A stretch of DNA of 64,000 nt, from assembly GCA_045837725.1 (NCBI GenBank), contig JBEWZL010000012.1:62001-126000 (forward strand), written 5' to 3'. The notes beneath the pieces were generated by a model that did not search any database, was not told the DNA's origin, and saw only the letters and a program-made list of their open reading frames with translations. Origin of the DNA: Vermamoeba vermiformis (taxonomy: Eukaryota). The position numbers and the translations under genes were made by a program. Positions 16,792 through 31,550 of this stretch are shown here, one piece after another (within the stretch, counting starts at the first letter, position 1; each line of letters starts with the position of its first letter).

Positions 16792-19700
16792 ATGCTGGTG
16801 GCTATTGTGCGAACTGACTTGTACCAACACCGTACTGCGCAAGATTTCAAGGAAATTTCCGAATTCGTACTCTGGCTGCCTGCTAATTGCAGTGTTATAT
16901 TAATATTAACTCAATTATTGCAATGATAGCACTATGGGCCATTATTATGAGCGGATTGTTCATTGCCGCTGAGAGTGGTGCGAACAGTCTCGGAGTGCAG
17001 TACGATCAGCTGCTACAAACTCTCGGTAAGTCAATTGCATAGCTGCTGATACAACAGATTGCGATATGATAGTACATATAATATATATACATGCATTTAC
17101 TATTTCCCGCGAGTACATCAGATCGATCTAACGCAGTCCCAGTGGAGTTGACAGCCAAGTACGCGCCCCTCGACTTCCCCGCGCAGCTCGGTGCCCTGCT
17201 GAGTGTGTCACGTGATCAGTCATTGCAGTACTGTCAGCAGCACGTGACAGGCGACACCACGCTGTACGTCATGTACATGAGCACTCTCTATCCGGACTGT
17301 TACGCAGCACCGCGGAACAACTCCGCCTGTCCAGCCCTCACACTGCGCGAGTACTGTTTTGGTAAGTATGTCCAAATTAGGCAAGTGGCACTGACATGCA
17401 TGCAGAGAGTGGCAGTGATCCGTGCGTCAATCTCACGCGCCATTCAGTGAATTGCTTTGAAGATGAACGACTGCGCGTCACGGTGAGTGTTTGACACGCG
17501 ATGAATTACAATCTTTGCAGGAGGAATTGAACGAGACTTATTTGGTGATAAATTCCGCATACCGTTACTAATTTGGACTTGATTGGCTCAGAACAACGAA
17601 CACGTGACACGCGTGATGTGGATCGAAGAACTGCGCCTGTTGACCAATCAGCTGGCCGCTGATCACGTGGAGGTGCTGCAGGTCCGCGAATAAATTGTTG
17701 CAAAGCTTGGACTGACCAATCAACAGATTGCTGAGCGAGCACGTGATGCTCAAGTTAGCGCCAGTCGAGTGCGTGATGATCTGAACGAGCGAGTGACAGG
17801 TGTCAAAGAGAGTGTTCGACAAATCATCCAGCGATTGACGGATGTGGGAATGGATTTCTCCTCCACACTCACTGCTGATCGCTGCGAGCTATATTTAGAA
17901 CAGCTGTCGATCGATCTGAGTGCGATTGACGTGACACGTGTGGAGGATGATCCAGTGACAGCGGCATTCGAGCACGTGATTGACACGCTTTGGCAGGTGA
18001 CACTGTGCCACTCTTGGCAGCTCAACGAGCTCGAGGCATTGATCACGTGCTCGGAGTCGTTCAGTGAATCGTGCTGGAATGCATTCATTGCAACTGTTCA
18101 TCTGTCCCGAGCAATGAATGACACGCGAGATGCAGCGGAGATATTTGACACGTGGTTTCAAGTGTCGTCAAGTCACGTCTACTTTAGCTGTTGGCGCGCA
18201 CAATGGAGTTCTGCGTTTGACATGTTGACAGCTGTCACTAGTCGCAATCAATCGATGACTCCAAATATAGACATCAGCATTGGCACTGCAATCTCCGGCT
18301 CGCGAGATCACTGCGCATACTATGCCAGCACGCGTCAACTGCTGCGACACGAGTTCGACTTTGACACTTTTGAGCTGCGTGTCACTCAAGTGACTGCAAA
18401 TCTGTCCGTGCCACTGTACAACGTGCTGTCCGTGGATAGTTCTGCATTCATTGCCCTAATTAGGTAATGTCGTACTTGCACTCCTTTCTTGCTGACCAAA
18501 TATAGTAATGACACCAAGCTATTGTACGAGCAGCCATCGGATGACTTCTTGCCTAATTTGGTGATATCTTTCAATCTGCAACATCAGATCCCCTCATTGA
18601 CACCTGTCACTCCGGTCACTTCAATGACACCTGTCACCAAGCGCGCTGTCCATGCCGCACAGTGTCCCGCGGGGCAGTATCTCGCGCTAGATCTCGGAAC
18701 ACTCCGCTGTGTCACGTGTCCAGTGGGCTCGTTCTGTCCCGGCGATGACATCAGATATCTTTGCAGCAATGCACCACGGAATATCAGCGAGTATACCTCC
18801 ACGGGGGTGACTAGTGACACGTGTCCGTTCATTTGCAGTGCGGGATATTATCAGCAAGGTGACACGTGTCAAACAGTGCCCCCTGGCTACACTGTCAATC
18901 CGACCAACACGTCACAGTTGCTGCTGTGCGACACCATTCTGCCGCAAGTATTCGCGACTGACACGTGTCAAACACTAACCTCTGTGCAGACACACGTACT
19001 ACGAATTCTTGTCTTCGGGCTGCAAAGATCAGCAAGCTAAATATAGCGCAGTGCTGTTACCGTACCAGGGCTATTCGTGGGAGCAGTGGGTGGCACTGTT
19101 GACCATAATTAGACACAACTTCAAACTGAGCACGTGGCTGTCAGTCAACACGAGTCAAACACAAGCACGTGACTTGAACATCACTCTGCTGCACGTTGAC
19201 CAAATTTGGGAAGTGAATCTCTATCTCAATTTAGAAGCGCAGTGCTGGGCGCGGTAAGTGCTAAATATAGTCAGCCAGTGTTGACCAAATTTAGTATTGA
19301 ACTCCGCGGGGCACAAACCAGCGTGCAGAGCGATGAAATTTCGTGTCCGACCGACACGTGGCACCACATTGCAGTGGAGGGAGATCTACAAAAGAATTCA
19401 ATTTCCTTTTATGTCAATGGCGTGTTGTCGGTAAGTGTTCGCGTGTCAGTGACTGGTGGCACTAACACGTGCAGGGCACGGAATACTACGCGCCGTGGAG
19501 TTATCCCGCCAGTGTCAACGGGGAACTTGATGCTAAAAATAGCATTTATCGGCCAGTGTTTCTGATGCGTGTCAAAGAGGCAACTCCGCGCACAGAGGAC
19601 CACGTGCACGTGACCGTTGCGATTGACAATCTAATTATAGCAGTGGCAGCCAATGACTCCGCACCATATTTGGTCACGAGCAGTTACACGCAGCTGATCG

Positions 19701-21355
19701 ATCGATGGCACCGCAATCCCCTCGAGAACACGGTGGCACAGTGCCAGCAACAGTACGAACAGATCGTGCTCGATTCACTGAATCAGCCGCACTGTCTGCC
19801 GCACTGTCCACGAGACACCAAACGAAATCTCCACGTGATCGATCAGGTCGCAGGTGTTGCTGTGGTGGACGACGTGACACCCGTCAACATTGCGTGTCAA
19901 ACAGCGAGCAGCACGAATAACACTGAGAATGGACCGCGCAGCCTGTCACACTTGTCAAAAGTGTCAAAGTGCGACTCGTACAGTGTGGCCATGTGGTCTG
20001 CGAGGTATTTAGCGGTGACACCTGTCAACGACTCGATCTCGCTGGCGGAGATAATAGTAAGTTAACCTAATAAGGCAATGGATGGCTAACAGCTCTGCAG
20101 ATTATTGACACACGGGATGAGCGCGTGTCCATACAAGGCTATCAACTGCTTGTCTTGCCTAATATGGAAGTCATCAATGTCAGTTCAGTGAATTCAGTGG
20201 CACGCGACCAACAGCTCGTGATTGATCTGGGAGCGGAGATACTGATTGATCGCGTGTATCTATTTTTAGACACATCCACACCTCTCACCCTCACTGGTCT
20301 GCTGGCACGTGACGCAGCTGTCAAGTGGCACGTGTCAATCAGTGATCCGTACGCACTGCAATCGGAACTCAATCCACGTGCCACCATCATTGACGAGCGC
20401 CATCGACTTCCTAATCAGGACATTGATTGCGTGCCGATCGATGCTCAATTTGGACTGGCGCTCGCACCACGCACTTCGTTCAGCGACTGTCAGTGTCTAA
20501 ATTTAGCTCCCAATGTGTCCTTCGACATTCAGACTGGCTGTCAACTGACAGAAATAGATGCAATGCCTGTTCCGAGATTTTCCATATCAGGAGAAGTTGT
20601 TCCGTCGCAGAAGTTCAGTTTGGATTTCTATTTTGGGCAACCAGCCGTGTGGTCTTTGCAGTTTTTCGATCACGTGATTGGGGTGCGAGATTTCATTCAA
20701 GTGACGGTACTCGATGACAGTAACAGGTTGACACGTGTCAAATACCGACTCGTGTCACCGCCGATCACTACAGACACCCTGGCATTGCCTAATATAGTGC
20801 GCACCAATCTGACAGTGACTGCTGCGTGGCATCGACCCGGGCACGTGACGAGCGCCAGTGTCACGCAACGGCAAGTAAATTGTTGCAATGACTTGTTAAC
20901 TGACTTCCATATTTAGTTACCAGTTAATTCCGCAAGTGCCGGTTGTAGAATCGGAGCCAAAAATAGACGCAAACACCACTCTGACAGCTCCGTTGACAGT
21001 ATTGTTCCGCGTGAGTGACACCAGTCTGTGGCCCGACACTGAACGTGATCACGTGATCGTGCTGACACTCTCGTTCATGAACGGCACTTCCATCACAAGT
21101 CAGTGTGCTGTCACGTGTCAACTCGTGGTGACGTCATCCATTCAGGTGCGCGCCGTGGCCGTGAAATCAGCTTGGCTGGACAGCGAAGCACGTGACTGGC
21201 ACTTCACGATTGAGATCGATCCACCAGGGCTGTGCGATGGCTATATATGGTTATGTGGACTGGGATTCAGCATTCTCGGAGGTGGGTTGGTGACAGCTGT
21301 CATTCTGCTGCTTGGCTGGCGGTTGAAGTGGTTCAAATTCAAGGCACGTGACTGA
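16792..21355 (+). CDS. Large type I membrane/cell-surface protein (Cys-rich repeats, LamG-like and Fn3-associated-like segments, C-terminal TM); start uncertain
   Basis: Chain of + ORFs linked by short GT-AG introns: CPAGQY..CVTCPVGSFCPG..CPFICSAGYY; WHHIAV..FYVNG; IQVRAVAVKSAWLDS; hydrophobic IWLCGLGFSILGGGLVTAVILLLGW followed by a basic tail. Confidence 0.6.
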
Positions 21356-21407
21356 AATGACCAAATATGTACAAATAAACATTTATGGCAATTACACAGT
21401 GTTTCGT

Positions 21408-22782
21408 TCAATCACGTGCAGCAGTCACGTGACTGGGATGTGCTCGGATCCACTCGTCCAAGTGCTCGACCGCAGCACGCGCATCGTCCTTGTAGTGCAG
21501 CAGATGTCCTTGCAGTTGTGCCGTGCTGTACTGGCCATGTGCCAGCTTGTCGCTGAACGCATCGACCAGGGCTGCGTGTTGTGCAATCACGGCAGGCTCA
21601 GCGCTGCTCGGTGTGGGATAGAAGCGCAAATACAGCTGTCGAATCTGATCACGTGTCGCGAGACCAATCTCCTGAATGAGATCGATGCGCCCTGGTCGAA
21701 TGAGTGCTGGTGGCAATTTGTGCAAGTGATTGGTGGTCATGAAGCAGATGCGGCCCTCGCCAGACGCGACACCATCGAGCGCATTCAACAGACCACTGTA
21801 CGTCACGCCCGTGTGGCCTGCCCACTTGATCTTGTGCATCGGATCTGCGGCCAGTTCTGCGACCTGATCGAGACTCTGAAAGGCCGCGTCAATGTCCTCG
21901 AGCAGCACGATGCAGCTGTCCGGCGCGGTGGTGAGCAAGTGCATCAGCCGGTCGTCAGTGAGGGCGCGGTCATTCAGCGACAGCAGACAGATGGACAGTC
22001 CAAAGTGCGAGGCCAGGGCGTGCACCAGCGAGGACTTGCCCGTGCCTGGGGGGCCGTGCAGCAAGTAGCCACGACGCCACGGTATGCCACGTGATCGGTA
22101 CCACTCGGCACGTGTCATGAACTCGCTCACATCGCGCACCAGTCGCTCGCACACACCGCTCTGCAGCACCACCGAGCTCAACTCGCGCTTGGGGCGTGCA
22201 GGACCGAAGGGGCGCCACTCGTGTCCCAGCGCCGTCATGATCACCACGCGCGCTGCTTCGTCGTGCTGGGCGAGTGCTTTGGCCTCGTCGAGCAGTGCGA
22301 ACAACTTGTGCTTGTTGTGGCCCAGCATGGTCACGATCAGCAGCTCTTGGATGGTGCCGCTGCTCGCGCTGTTGTCGAGTCGTTCGCGCTTGCGTTCTAC
22401 GCGGAGAAATGCGCCCTGGTAGCTGCAAACATGTCAGTCGCGCACGTGACAGGTGTCAAACAGCGTACCGCAGCAAGTGATTGCCCGTGCCCGGCAAGAA
22501 CTCGTAGTCAGTTTGCATCACCCCGCGTGCATCGCGCTGTTGCGAGGTGCGGATCGTCAAGTGCTGTTGGCGCGGTGCTTTGTCGCGCATCCAGCGCATG
22601 AGCCACCAATAGGACTTGTCGGTGCTGGGCAGTTCAATCGAGACGTAGAGCTGTCGCTTGCCGTACTGCATCAGCGACTGACTGCCGCGACGCAACAGCG
22701 CGAGACCTGCACCCACGCCGACGAGACCAAATCCAGCTGAGAAATATGGATTGGATTTGAGCAGTGTTACTAGTGCCTCCAT
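21408..22782 (-). CDS. BCS1: Mitochondrial AAA chaperone BCS1
   Basis: NPYFSAGFGLVGVG, DKSYWWL, EWRPFG, RGIPWRRGYLLHGPPGTGKSS, LLEDIDAAF, VTYSGLLNALDGV, ALIRPGRID. Confidence 0.97.
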
Positions 22783-23156
22783 AGTATCGCTGTGTATATA
22801 TAGTGTGTGCTGTGCGAGGAATGGAGCTGAGTGTTGTAAGTGAGTTCAGACAATGGAACCTAACAATCTCAATTAAATGAGTATACAACTAGTGCGATAA
22901 TTAGCGGTAATTAAATAATTAATTAATATAATTTTAAATTAACACAATCAGCAACAGTTCTGATCTACCTTTCACTGCAGCTCTTAAGCACCTATGCTGT
23001 TATGAAGAATGATATATTTACAGCGCTGTATACTGCTCGTTGAATATACAATACACGTTAATCGCGTGTTGTTCAACAGCTCGCTCAAAGTGGATCTAAT
23101 CTTTATTTTTTTAGTTCTGACACACGAGCACCACTCAGCAATATAATTGTATTATA

Positions 23157-24391
23157 ATGGATGTAGATATCAGTATTACACGTGCTCAACCCCCCAAAGC
23201 GCACAATCCAGTCAGCGCGCAGCTCGTTGTGCCCGGCGAGATAATTACAACTGAATCTGGTTACATGAGGTACGATAATATTCGCTAGATATAATTTCGA
23301 TTATCAGACATAATACCATGAATAATCAAACCATTCGTTAATTAAGAGAATATTTGCAATTAATTTTCTGGATCTGATCCGCGATCCACCACTCAGCCTC
23401 AGTCCACTAACTAGTCGCGCAGAGGTCACGGTACCTATGTTGAAGATGAAGAGCTCAAGGCCTCGGTGAGTGGTGCCGTCGAGCGCGTGAACAAGCTCGT
23501 GAGCGTCAAATCCCTCAAAGCGCGCTACGTGGGGGATGTGGGTGACGTGGTCGTGGGTCGCATCACCGAAGTGGGTCAGAATCGCTGGCGCGTCGATGTC
23601 AACAGTCGCCAAGACGCCGTGCTGCTGCTCTCCTCGATCAATCTGCCCGGTGGGGTCCGACGCCGCCGCACGGTAGAAGACACGCTGCACATGCGGCAAT
23701 TCTTCGTGGAGAACGAACTGATCGTGGCGGAGGTGCAGCAGTTCTTTCAGGTACCGCTGCTGTGACTGTATATAGCGTGCAGTATTACTCACCCCTCGTG
23801 CAGGACGGTGGCATCTCGCTGCACACGCGCAACAAGTACGGCAAGGTAAGTGGCACTACTGTCATGCAGCACTAACACGTGACAGCTCGAGCACGGTCTG
23901 TTCATTGCAGTGCCACCTGGGCTCGTCAAGGTATGTCTTAATTAGGCAAGTACGCGTTCACTGAACACCTCTTTCACTGAACAGCGCACTCGTTCGCACT
24001 TCACCAAGCTGCCGTGCGGAGTGGACATGGTGATCGGTCTCAATGGCTATATTTGGCTATCGGATCACGTGCCTGACGAAGAGGACCGCGAGCGCGAGGC
24101 CCAAGAAGAGCAAGTGACACGTGTCATCGAGGTGAGTGACACTTTGACACTTCAATCAGTCCTACTGACCCCCTCTTTCCTAATTAGTCTATACCCGCGG
24201 AACTGCGCGAGAAGTTGAGTCGCGTGCGCAACAGCGTGGTGGCACTGTGCCGCCGCTTCCTGGCCATTCACCCCGCGACCATCATGGACGTGTACAACGC
24301 GTCACTGAACTACCCCGTGCGCGACATGTTGAAGCCAGATCTGCTCGTTGAACTCACCGCCACTGCTGCTGAACGCGCTGCGGAACAATAG
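23157..24391 (+). CDS. EXOSC2: Exosome component RRP4
   Basis: LVVPGEIITTESGYMRGHGTY, GAVERVNKLVSVKSLKARY.GDVGDVVVGRITEV, LLSSINLPGG.RRRT, IGLNGYIW. Confidence 0.95.
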
Positions 24392-24714
24392 ATATTCCCT
24401 CTTGTAGCTATAAATAGAAACACATTTGTACAGAACTCTGCATGCTTGACTTCCATTTATAATTAATCAATACTCATTCTAGATGCATCGCGTCACTGTC
24501 TTTGCAGTTGTTCATCGGAGGACAGTACGGCTTTGTGAAATTTCGCGATCACGTGCCAAAATGAATGTCGGCAACGAGACCGCATTTAAAGCCAGGCTGT
24601 TTAATAATTAGAACACCGCTCAGTGCGCGCAGTATTTGTTGCATACACCTCGCTATATAATACTATTGCGCTATAATCACCGCACTGACAGCTGTTCTAA
24701 CACCACATCTAAAA

Positions 24715-27586
24715 ATGTCACAACGAAAACAATGGCCTACTGTGCAGGTAACTGATTAGTTTTATAAATCTACATTGATATATATAATATCTTTATTATG
24801 GAAGATAAAATGCAGCTGGGAAATTTAAAAAATAAAAGATATGCAGATGCTGAAACTAAACTGGAAATTTACATTTTGATTTTGTACAGCCTGCTGAGGT
24901 GCCCGAACACGTCTCACGCCAGACTATTAAGAAGGACAATATCGCCAAGTTCGCCACTGAGGTAAGTCAACCAGATCTGTTGCTTTTCATTCGCTAGATC
25001 TAGCCGTGCCATGAGCGGCAAACACGATCATATTATACGCCAGCCATCACTAAGGTACTGTCCTCTCGCAGGCAGGTCACGGCATGTCATTGCTGGCCAA
25101 GATCTCAGCGGGTGGAATGATGCCCAAGCGACCCCAAGCGCAAGTGACGCACGAGGGCCAAGGTCAGCGCGCAGTGGTCAGCACGCAGCGCACTGAGGAC
25201 GTGGAGCGTGAGCGCGAGGAGTTGAAGCGCGAGACTGGTGGCAAACAGAAGACACTGCTGACGATGATTGCCCCGCCGAGTGGGCAGGACTACCGCGCTG
25301 TACTCAAGTCACGTGGTGCTGTCACTGTCGGGGCCTCAGCGCACAACACCGCGGCGAGCACGGAGCCGAGTGAGAGTGCGAGTGTCCAGCCCATCAAGAT
25401 CTTGCCGCCCCCGAGCAACACTGCCGTCACTCCCAAGCGCGCTGCACCCAAGTCTGGCTCAGCACCCAGCACCCCCAGTGCTCCGATTGACTACCGCGCA
25501 GTGCTCAAGAAGAGCACGCCTGACAAGACGAGTGCGAATAAGGCACGCGAAGAGCAGGAGAGAGCTGAGAAGGAACGAGCTGAGCGCGAGAACAGAGAGC
25601 GCGAGGAGAAAGAGCGAGCTGAGCGTGAGACTAAAGAGCGTGAAGAGAAGGAGCGTGTGGAGCGCGAGGAGAAAGAAAACAAAGAGCGTGAAGAGAAAGA
25701 AAACAAAGAGCGTGAAGAGAAGGAGGTGTGGAGCGCGAGAACAAAGAGCGCGAGGAGAAAGAGCAACAAGAGCGTGAAGAGCAAGAGAGGTTGCAGAGAG
25801 AGCGCGAAGAGCAAGAGAAAGAACATCAAGCACAGTTGGCGCGTGAGACTAAAGAGCGTGAAGAACAAGAGCAACGAGAGCGCGAAGAGCAGGAGAGGTT
25901 GCAGCGAGAGCGTGAAGAGCAAGAGAAGCACGAACAAGAAGAGCGTGCACGTGTAGAGCAAGAGCGTGCCCATCAAGCCCGCGAGGCTGAAGAGCGTGAG
26001 CGACAAGAACGTGAAGCCGAAGAACAGCGCGCCAAAGAAGCAGCTGAAAAGACACAGCGCGAGGCTGAAGAGCGTGCCAGACACGAGGCACAGCTCGCAG
26101 AAGAGGAGCGCAGTCGTCAAGAGGCCACGCAACTCGCACAACAACGCGAAGCTGAGAGCGAACGACTGCAGCGTGAAGAGCAAGAGAGACACGAGCGCGA
26201 GGAGAAAGAGCGACACGAGCGCGAAGAGCAAGAGCGAGTTGAGCGCGAGGAGAAGGAGAGACATGCACAACAGCAATTGGAGCGTGAAGAGCAAGAGCGA
26301 CGAGAACGCGAAGCTGAGAGTGAACGATTGCAGCGTGAGGAGAAAGAGCGTGTTGAGCGTGAAGAGCAAGAGAAACAAGCACGTGAACAAGAAGAGAAAG
26401 AGCAACAAGCACGTGCAGAGACAGAACGATTGGAACGTGAGGCCAGAGAGCGCGAAGAGCAACAGGCGCGTGAACAACAAGAGAAAGAGCAACAAGCGCA
26501 ATTGGAGCGCGAAGAGCAAGAGCGTGTGGCGCGTGAGACACGAGAGCGCGAAGAACAAGAGCAGCACGCACGAGCGGAGAAACAGCGCGTGGAGCACGAA
26601 CAAGAACTCGCACGCGAGCGTGAGGCACTCGAACACCGTGCGCGCGAGGAGAAAGAGCAACAACGCGCACACAGTGAGCAGCAGCAGTCACACACCGCAC
26701 CGTCGCAGAGTGCTGTCACCACTGACGAGGCACGTGCGCGCCGTGAAGCAGAACTGGCCGAGACACAGCGCATCGAAGCACAGATCAAACTGCGCGCGGA
26801 ACAATTGAAGAGTCAGAGTCCCAGACGCGACAATGTACCCACACTCAATCTCGGAACATCTCCGACCTCGCCGCGCACTGCTGGCACCAAGCACTCACCG
26901 CGCGAGTTCAAGCCAGTCACGCCGCGCAGTGCCAACATCTTGTCACGTGTCAACATCTTCGAGTCACTCGTCAAAAAGGCCACTGAAGGCAAGGACCTCT
27001 ATTTGACACCTGTCACCACTAACATGCTCTATTTTTAGAACAACAAATCGCTGCCTTGTCTCCGAGAGTAAGTTAACTGTTGCCATTGTTTATGTAGCCT
27101 AGCTAATGACACGTGTCAAACAGAAGACTTCACCACGTCCCACCACGACAGCTACACCACGTGCGCCCCTCACCAAGACTGGCAGCACCTTCACGAATGT
27201 AAGTCACGTGATTATCACTGCGCAGAGCTGTCCCACTGACACGTGTCAAACAGCGACCTCCGACGCAATCGTTCCGCTCCATTGTGACCACCCCCCTCGT
27301 GACCCCCGTGGTGACGAACAACAGCAAAGACTACATGGTGCGCGAGAGTCAGACTGGCACCTACACCTACGAAGAACTCATTCTGCGTCCTGCCAATCTT
27401 GAGCGCTCTCGCTTGGAGGTACGTAGCCGCTGACTATGATGCGCGGTGATATTAATAGAGTCCCTATACTAGGCCTATCTCTCCGACGAGGACTTCGAGC
27501 GTGTGTTCAAAGTGCGGCGCGAAGTGTTCAACGCGTGGCCCAAGTGGAAGCAAACCAAGGCCAAACAAGACCTCGCGCTGTTCTGA
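24715..27586 (+). CDS. Villin-headpiece protein with a long E/R/K single-alpha-helix-like region (apparent 1-nt frameshift at about 25726)
   Basis: C-terminal YTYEELILRPANLERSRLEAYLSDEDFERVFKVRREVFNAWPKWKQTKAKQDLALF* is a headpiece domain; about 370 aa of EREEKE/EREEQE repeats; N-terminal exons from 24715. Confidence 0.82.
25545..26670. repeat. Low-complexity purine-rich coding repeat (GAGCGYGARGAG...) encoding E/R/K/Q-rich helix
   Basis: Visible directly; produces long shadow ORFs in other frames and on the other strand. Confidence 0.9.
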
Positions 27587-27945
27587 GGGCTCGTGTGCTG
27601 ATCTGTGAGCCATGTACTGGCATTGTATTAAATTACTCCTTTATTTATTGTTCAAGTCGCGGCTAGATGTGTCTTGGAAGTCTTTTCGTCCACTCTAATA
27701 ATCACCTTATTACCTAAGGTATGTTCCTTCATCATTCGACCTCCAACCTCCGCTGCAATTCAACCGCACGTGTGTACTCGTGCACAAAACAGCCACGAAA
27801 AAATTTTCAGTTCTTTTACAACCCATCCGTCATCAACAACCAAAGGTCCCAGCAACCCTTTGATATTAAAGGAGCCTTACTTAGCCTACTCCGTGGCTCT
27901 TAATAGCACTCACCACCCTAACGCGGATTTAATTCCATTTTAATA

Positions 27946-30034
27946 ATGACCGATAGCGCCCCTTACATTGGTGCCCGTATTCGCTTGATTAGCAAAAATG
28001 ATATTCGATACGAGGGTACATTACACAGCATTGATAGTGGTCGATCTACTGTAATTTTGTCTGAAGGTAAGTCTTAGTCGATGTGGGGATTAATTTTTTT
28101 AAAACTTGTAACTCACTTAATAATCCCCGCCATCATCCATTAATTAACCAGCACCTTATTAATATTTTTTGGGAAGTTCGTTCTTTTGGAAGCGAAGGAA
28201 GAAAGCCTGATGGACAACAGATTCAACCAAGCAACGAGATTTTCGATTTTATTGAGTTCCCCAGTCACGATATTAAGCAACTCACTGTGTGTCAATTACC
28301 ACCTTCTGTTCCTCAGCAAAATCCTACTCCCTCTGGTCAGGTAAGCGGTTAGTCAGTTGGATTAAATTTCAAAAATTTTATTATTTGTGGACCAATATTT
28401 ATAGGCTTCATTATTGTCCCCAATCATTATAGTCATCATTTATAATTAATCTAAAATTAATTCTGCAATTTCACTTGCATGTTATTTCTTTCTCTTTTTT
28501 TCGCCATCCTCCTTAGAAAGTACCGCGATGCAGATATTACTCTACATCATCGTCGTTGCTATTCAAGTATATTCGCGCATGCACCGATGCTCACACTCCT
28601 CTTTTGCAGCAACAAGGTCAAGCAGGACCAAATCCTCAACAAGGCCCCTTCGGACCAATGCCCGGTCAGTTCGGCATGGGCATGCCCTACGGACCTCAAG
28701 GCTGGAACCCGTACTTCAACATGTACGGCCCTGCCAATCCCTGGAGCAATCAGCAAGGCTTCGGCATGAATCCTCTCACAGGCTATCCCCCACTCGGCAT
28801 GAACCCCTTCCAACAGGGCCCTGGCTTTGGATTCCCACCTGGTCCCATGCCCGGTGCACCGCTCAACACCCCCACACCCAGCACCGCGCCTCAAGCCACT
28901 GCTGCCACCCCGAACCCCGTCACTCCTGCTGCCGCGCAACCGACACCCACCCCTGCAGCTGGTGCCACCAAGCCCGAGACCAGTGCCGCGAAGACTGAGA
29001 CCAAGAGCACTGCCAACACTGCTGCTGCCAACACCGCCGCGAGTGACAAGAAGAGCACTGCACCCGTCACTGCTGCCCCTGCCAAGACTGCTGCACCCTC
29101 GCAGCCTCGTCCCACACAAACCACTGCTGCGCCACAGCCCAGCACTGCCAAGGGACAACCCACCGTGCAACGGTAAGTCACGTGACTGTGCTTGCGATGG
29201 TGTGTTATTGACAGGTGTCATTTTACAGCCCGCGCAATCCGTGGGAGAACAAACATCACCCGACAGTTGTGGCCCCACCCTCCACTAACACTGCAGCCAC
29301 TCAAGGCCCCGCACAGGGCCAACAAGGTCAATCACGTGAGCGTCAACAAGGCCAATCACGTGGTCAAAACGGCAACTACAACCAAGGCCGTCAACAAGGA
29401 GGACGAGGTGGTCACCGCGGAGGTCGTGGTGGTCGTCAACAATACGCCGTCAAGGCCCCGACCTTCACTGGCGATTATGACTTTGAGAAGTCGAATGAGA
29501 AGTTTGAACACATGTTAGAAGAGCTCGAAATTAAGGAAGAGGCCGCAGCCCCCGAGCCAGCCTACGACAAGACACGCTCGTTCTTCGACACCATTTCGTG
29601 CGAGGCGAGCGAGAAGAAAGAAGACGAGAGTTTGGATCGTCGTGCCAAGAACAAGTTGTTGCAAGATCAAAAGCGATTGGACACGGAGACATTTGGCGCC
29701 ATGCAAGTCGATCAAGTCTACCGCGAGCACATGCAACAGAGTCAACACTATCACCGCGGTCATCAAGGTCACCGTGGTCACCGCGGCAATTATCGTGGTG
29801 GTCAAGGAGGTGACAGACAGCAGCGCAATTACAACCAGCCTCAGCAACGCGTATGTAGCGCACTTTGCTGATCTCGTAGCGCGTTCGTGTGATCTAACTG
29901 TGTTTGTAATGCAGGGCTACAACAGCCGTGGTGGTCGAGGTGGTCAATCCGGTCAATACAAGTCAAGGGGTGGTCAAAGCAACACCGGATCTAACTTCAA
30001 GCCCGTTCAACCCAGCAATGCCGCCAAACAGTAA
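27946..30034 (+). CDS. LSM14: LSM14/Scd6/DCP5/Trailer hitch family P-body protein
   Basis: PYIGARIRLISKNDIRYEGTL, VRSFGSEGR; FDF box DYDFEKSNEKF; FFD box YDKTRSFFDTISCE; TFG box DTETFG; RGG repeats. Confidence 0.95.
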
Positions 30035-30392
30035 ATAGACCTCACCATGCCCTGCCCTGACCCAACCCTTCCATATTCATACCACTGCCCTCCCATTGCC
30101 CTACCCAGCCCTATCTGTTCATAGCGTCCCAAACAATGCACTAAAGATCTCAAGCGAGATCTAACAATACAAAAAAACCAAAAAAATAATAAATTAGAAA
30201 AAGGACCTAAAAAACAGAAAAAACAAACTCCGCGTCATTGTTATTGAGCCCTTGGTAGATATTAAGTGATTAGCTAAAGTAACAGCCGATACATACTTTA
30301 AACAGTTTTATGACAATTCTACAACTTGGTACTTGACAAATCACTCGTCAGTGATGATAAGGCATTAATAATATATACTCCTATGAACAGTC

Positions 30393-31550
<1,158 letters not shown>

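Noticed and set aside
25459-26808. Long Leu/Phe-, Ser/Arg- and Lys/Ser-rich ORFs in other frames and strand
   Set aside because: By-products of the stop-poor E/R/K repeat.
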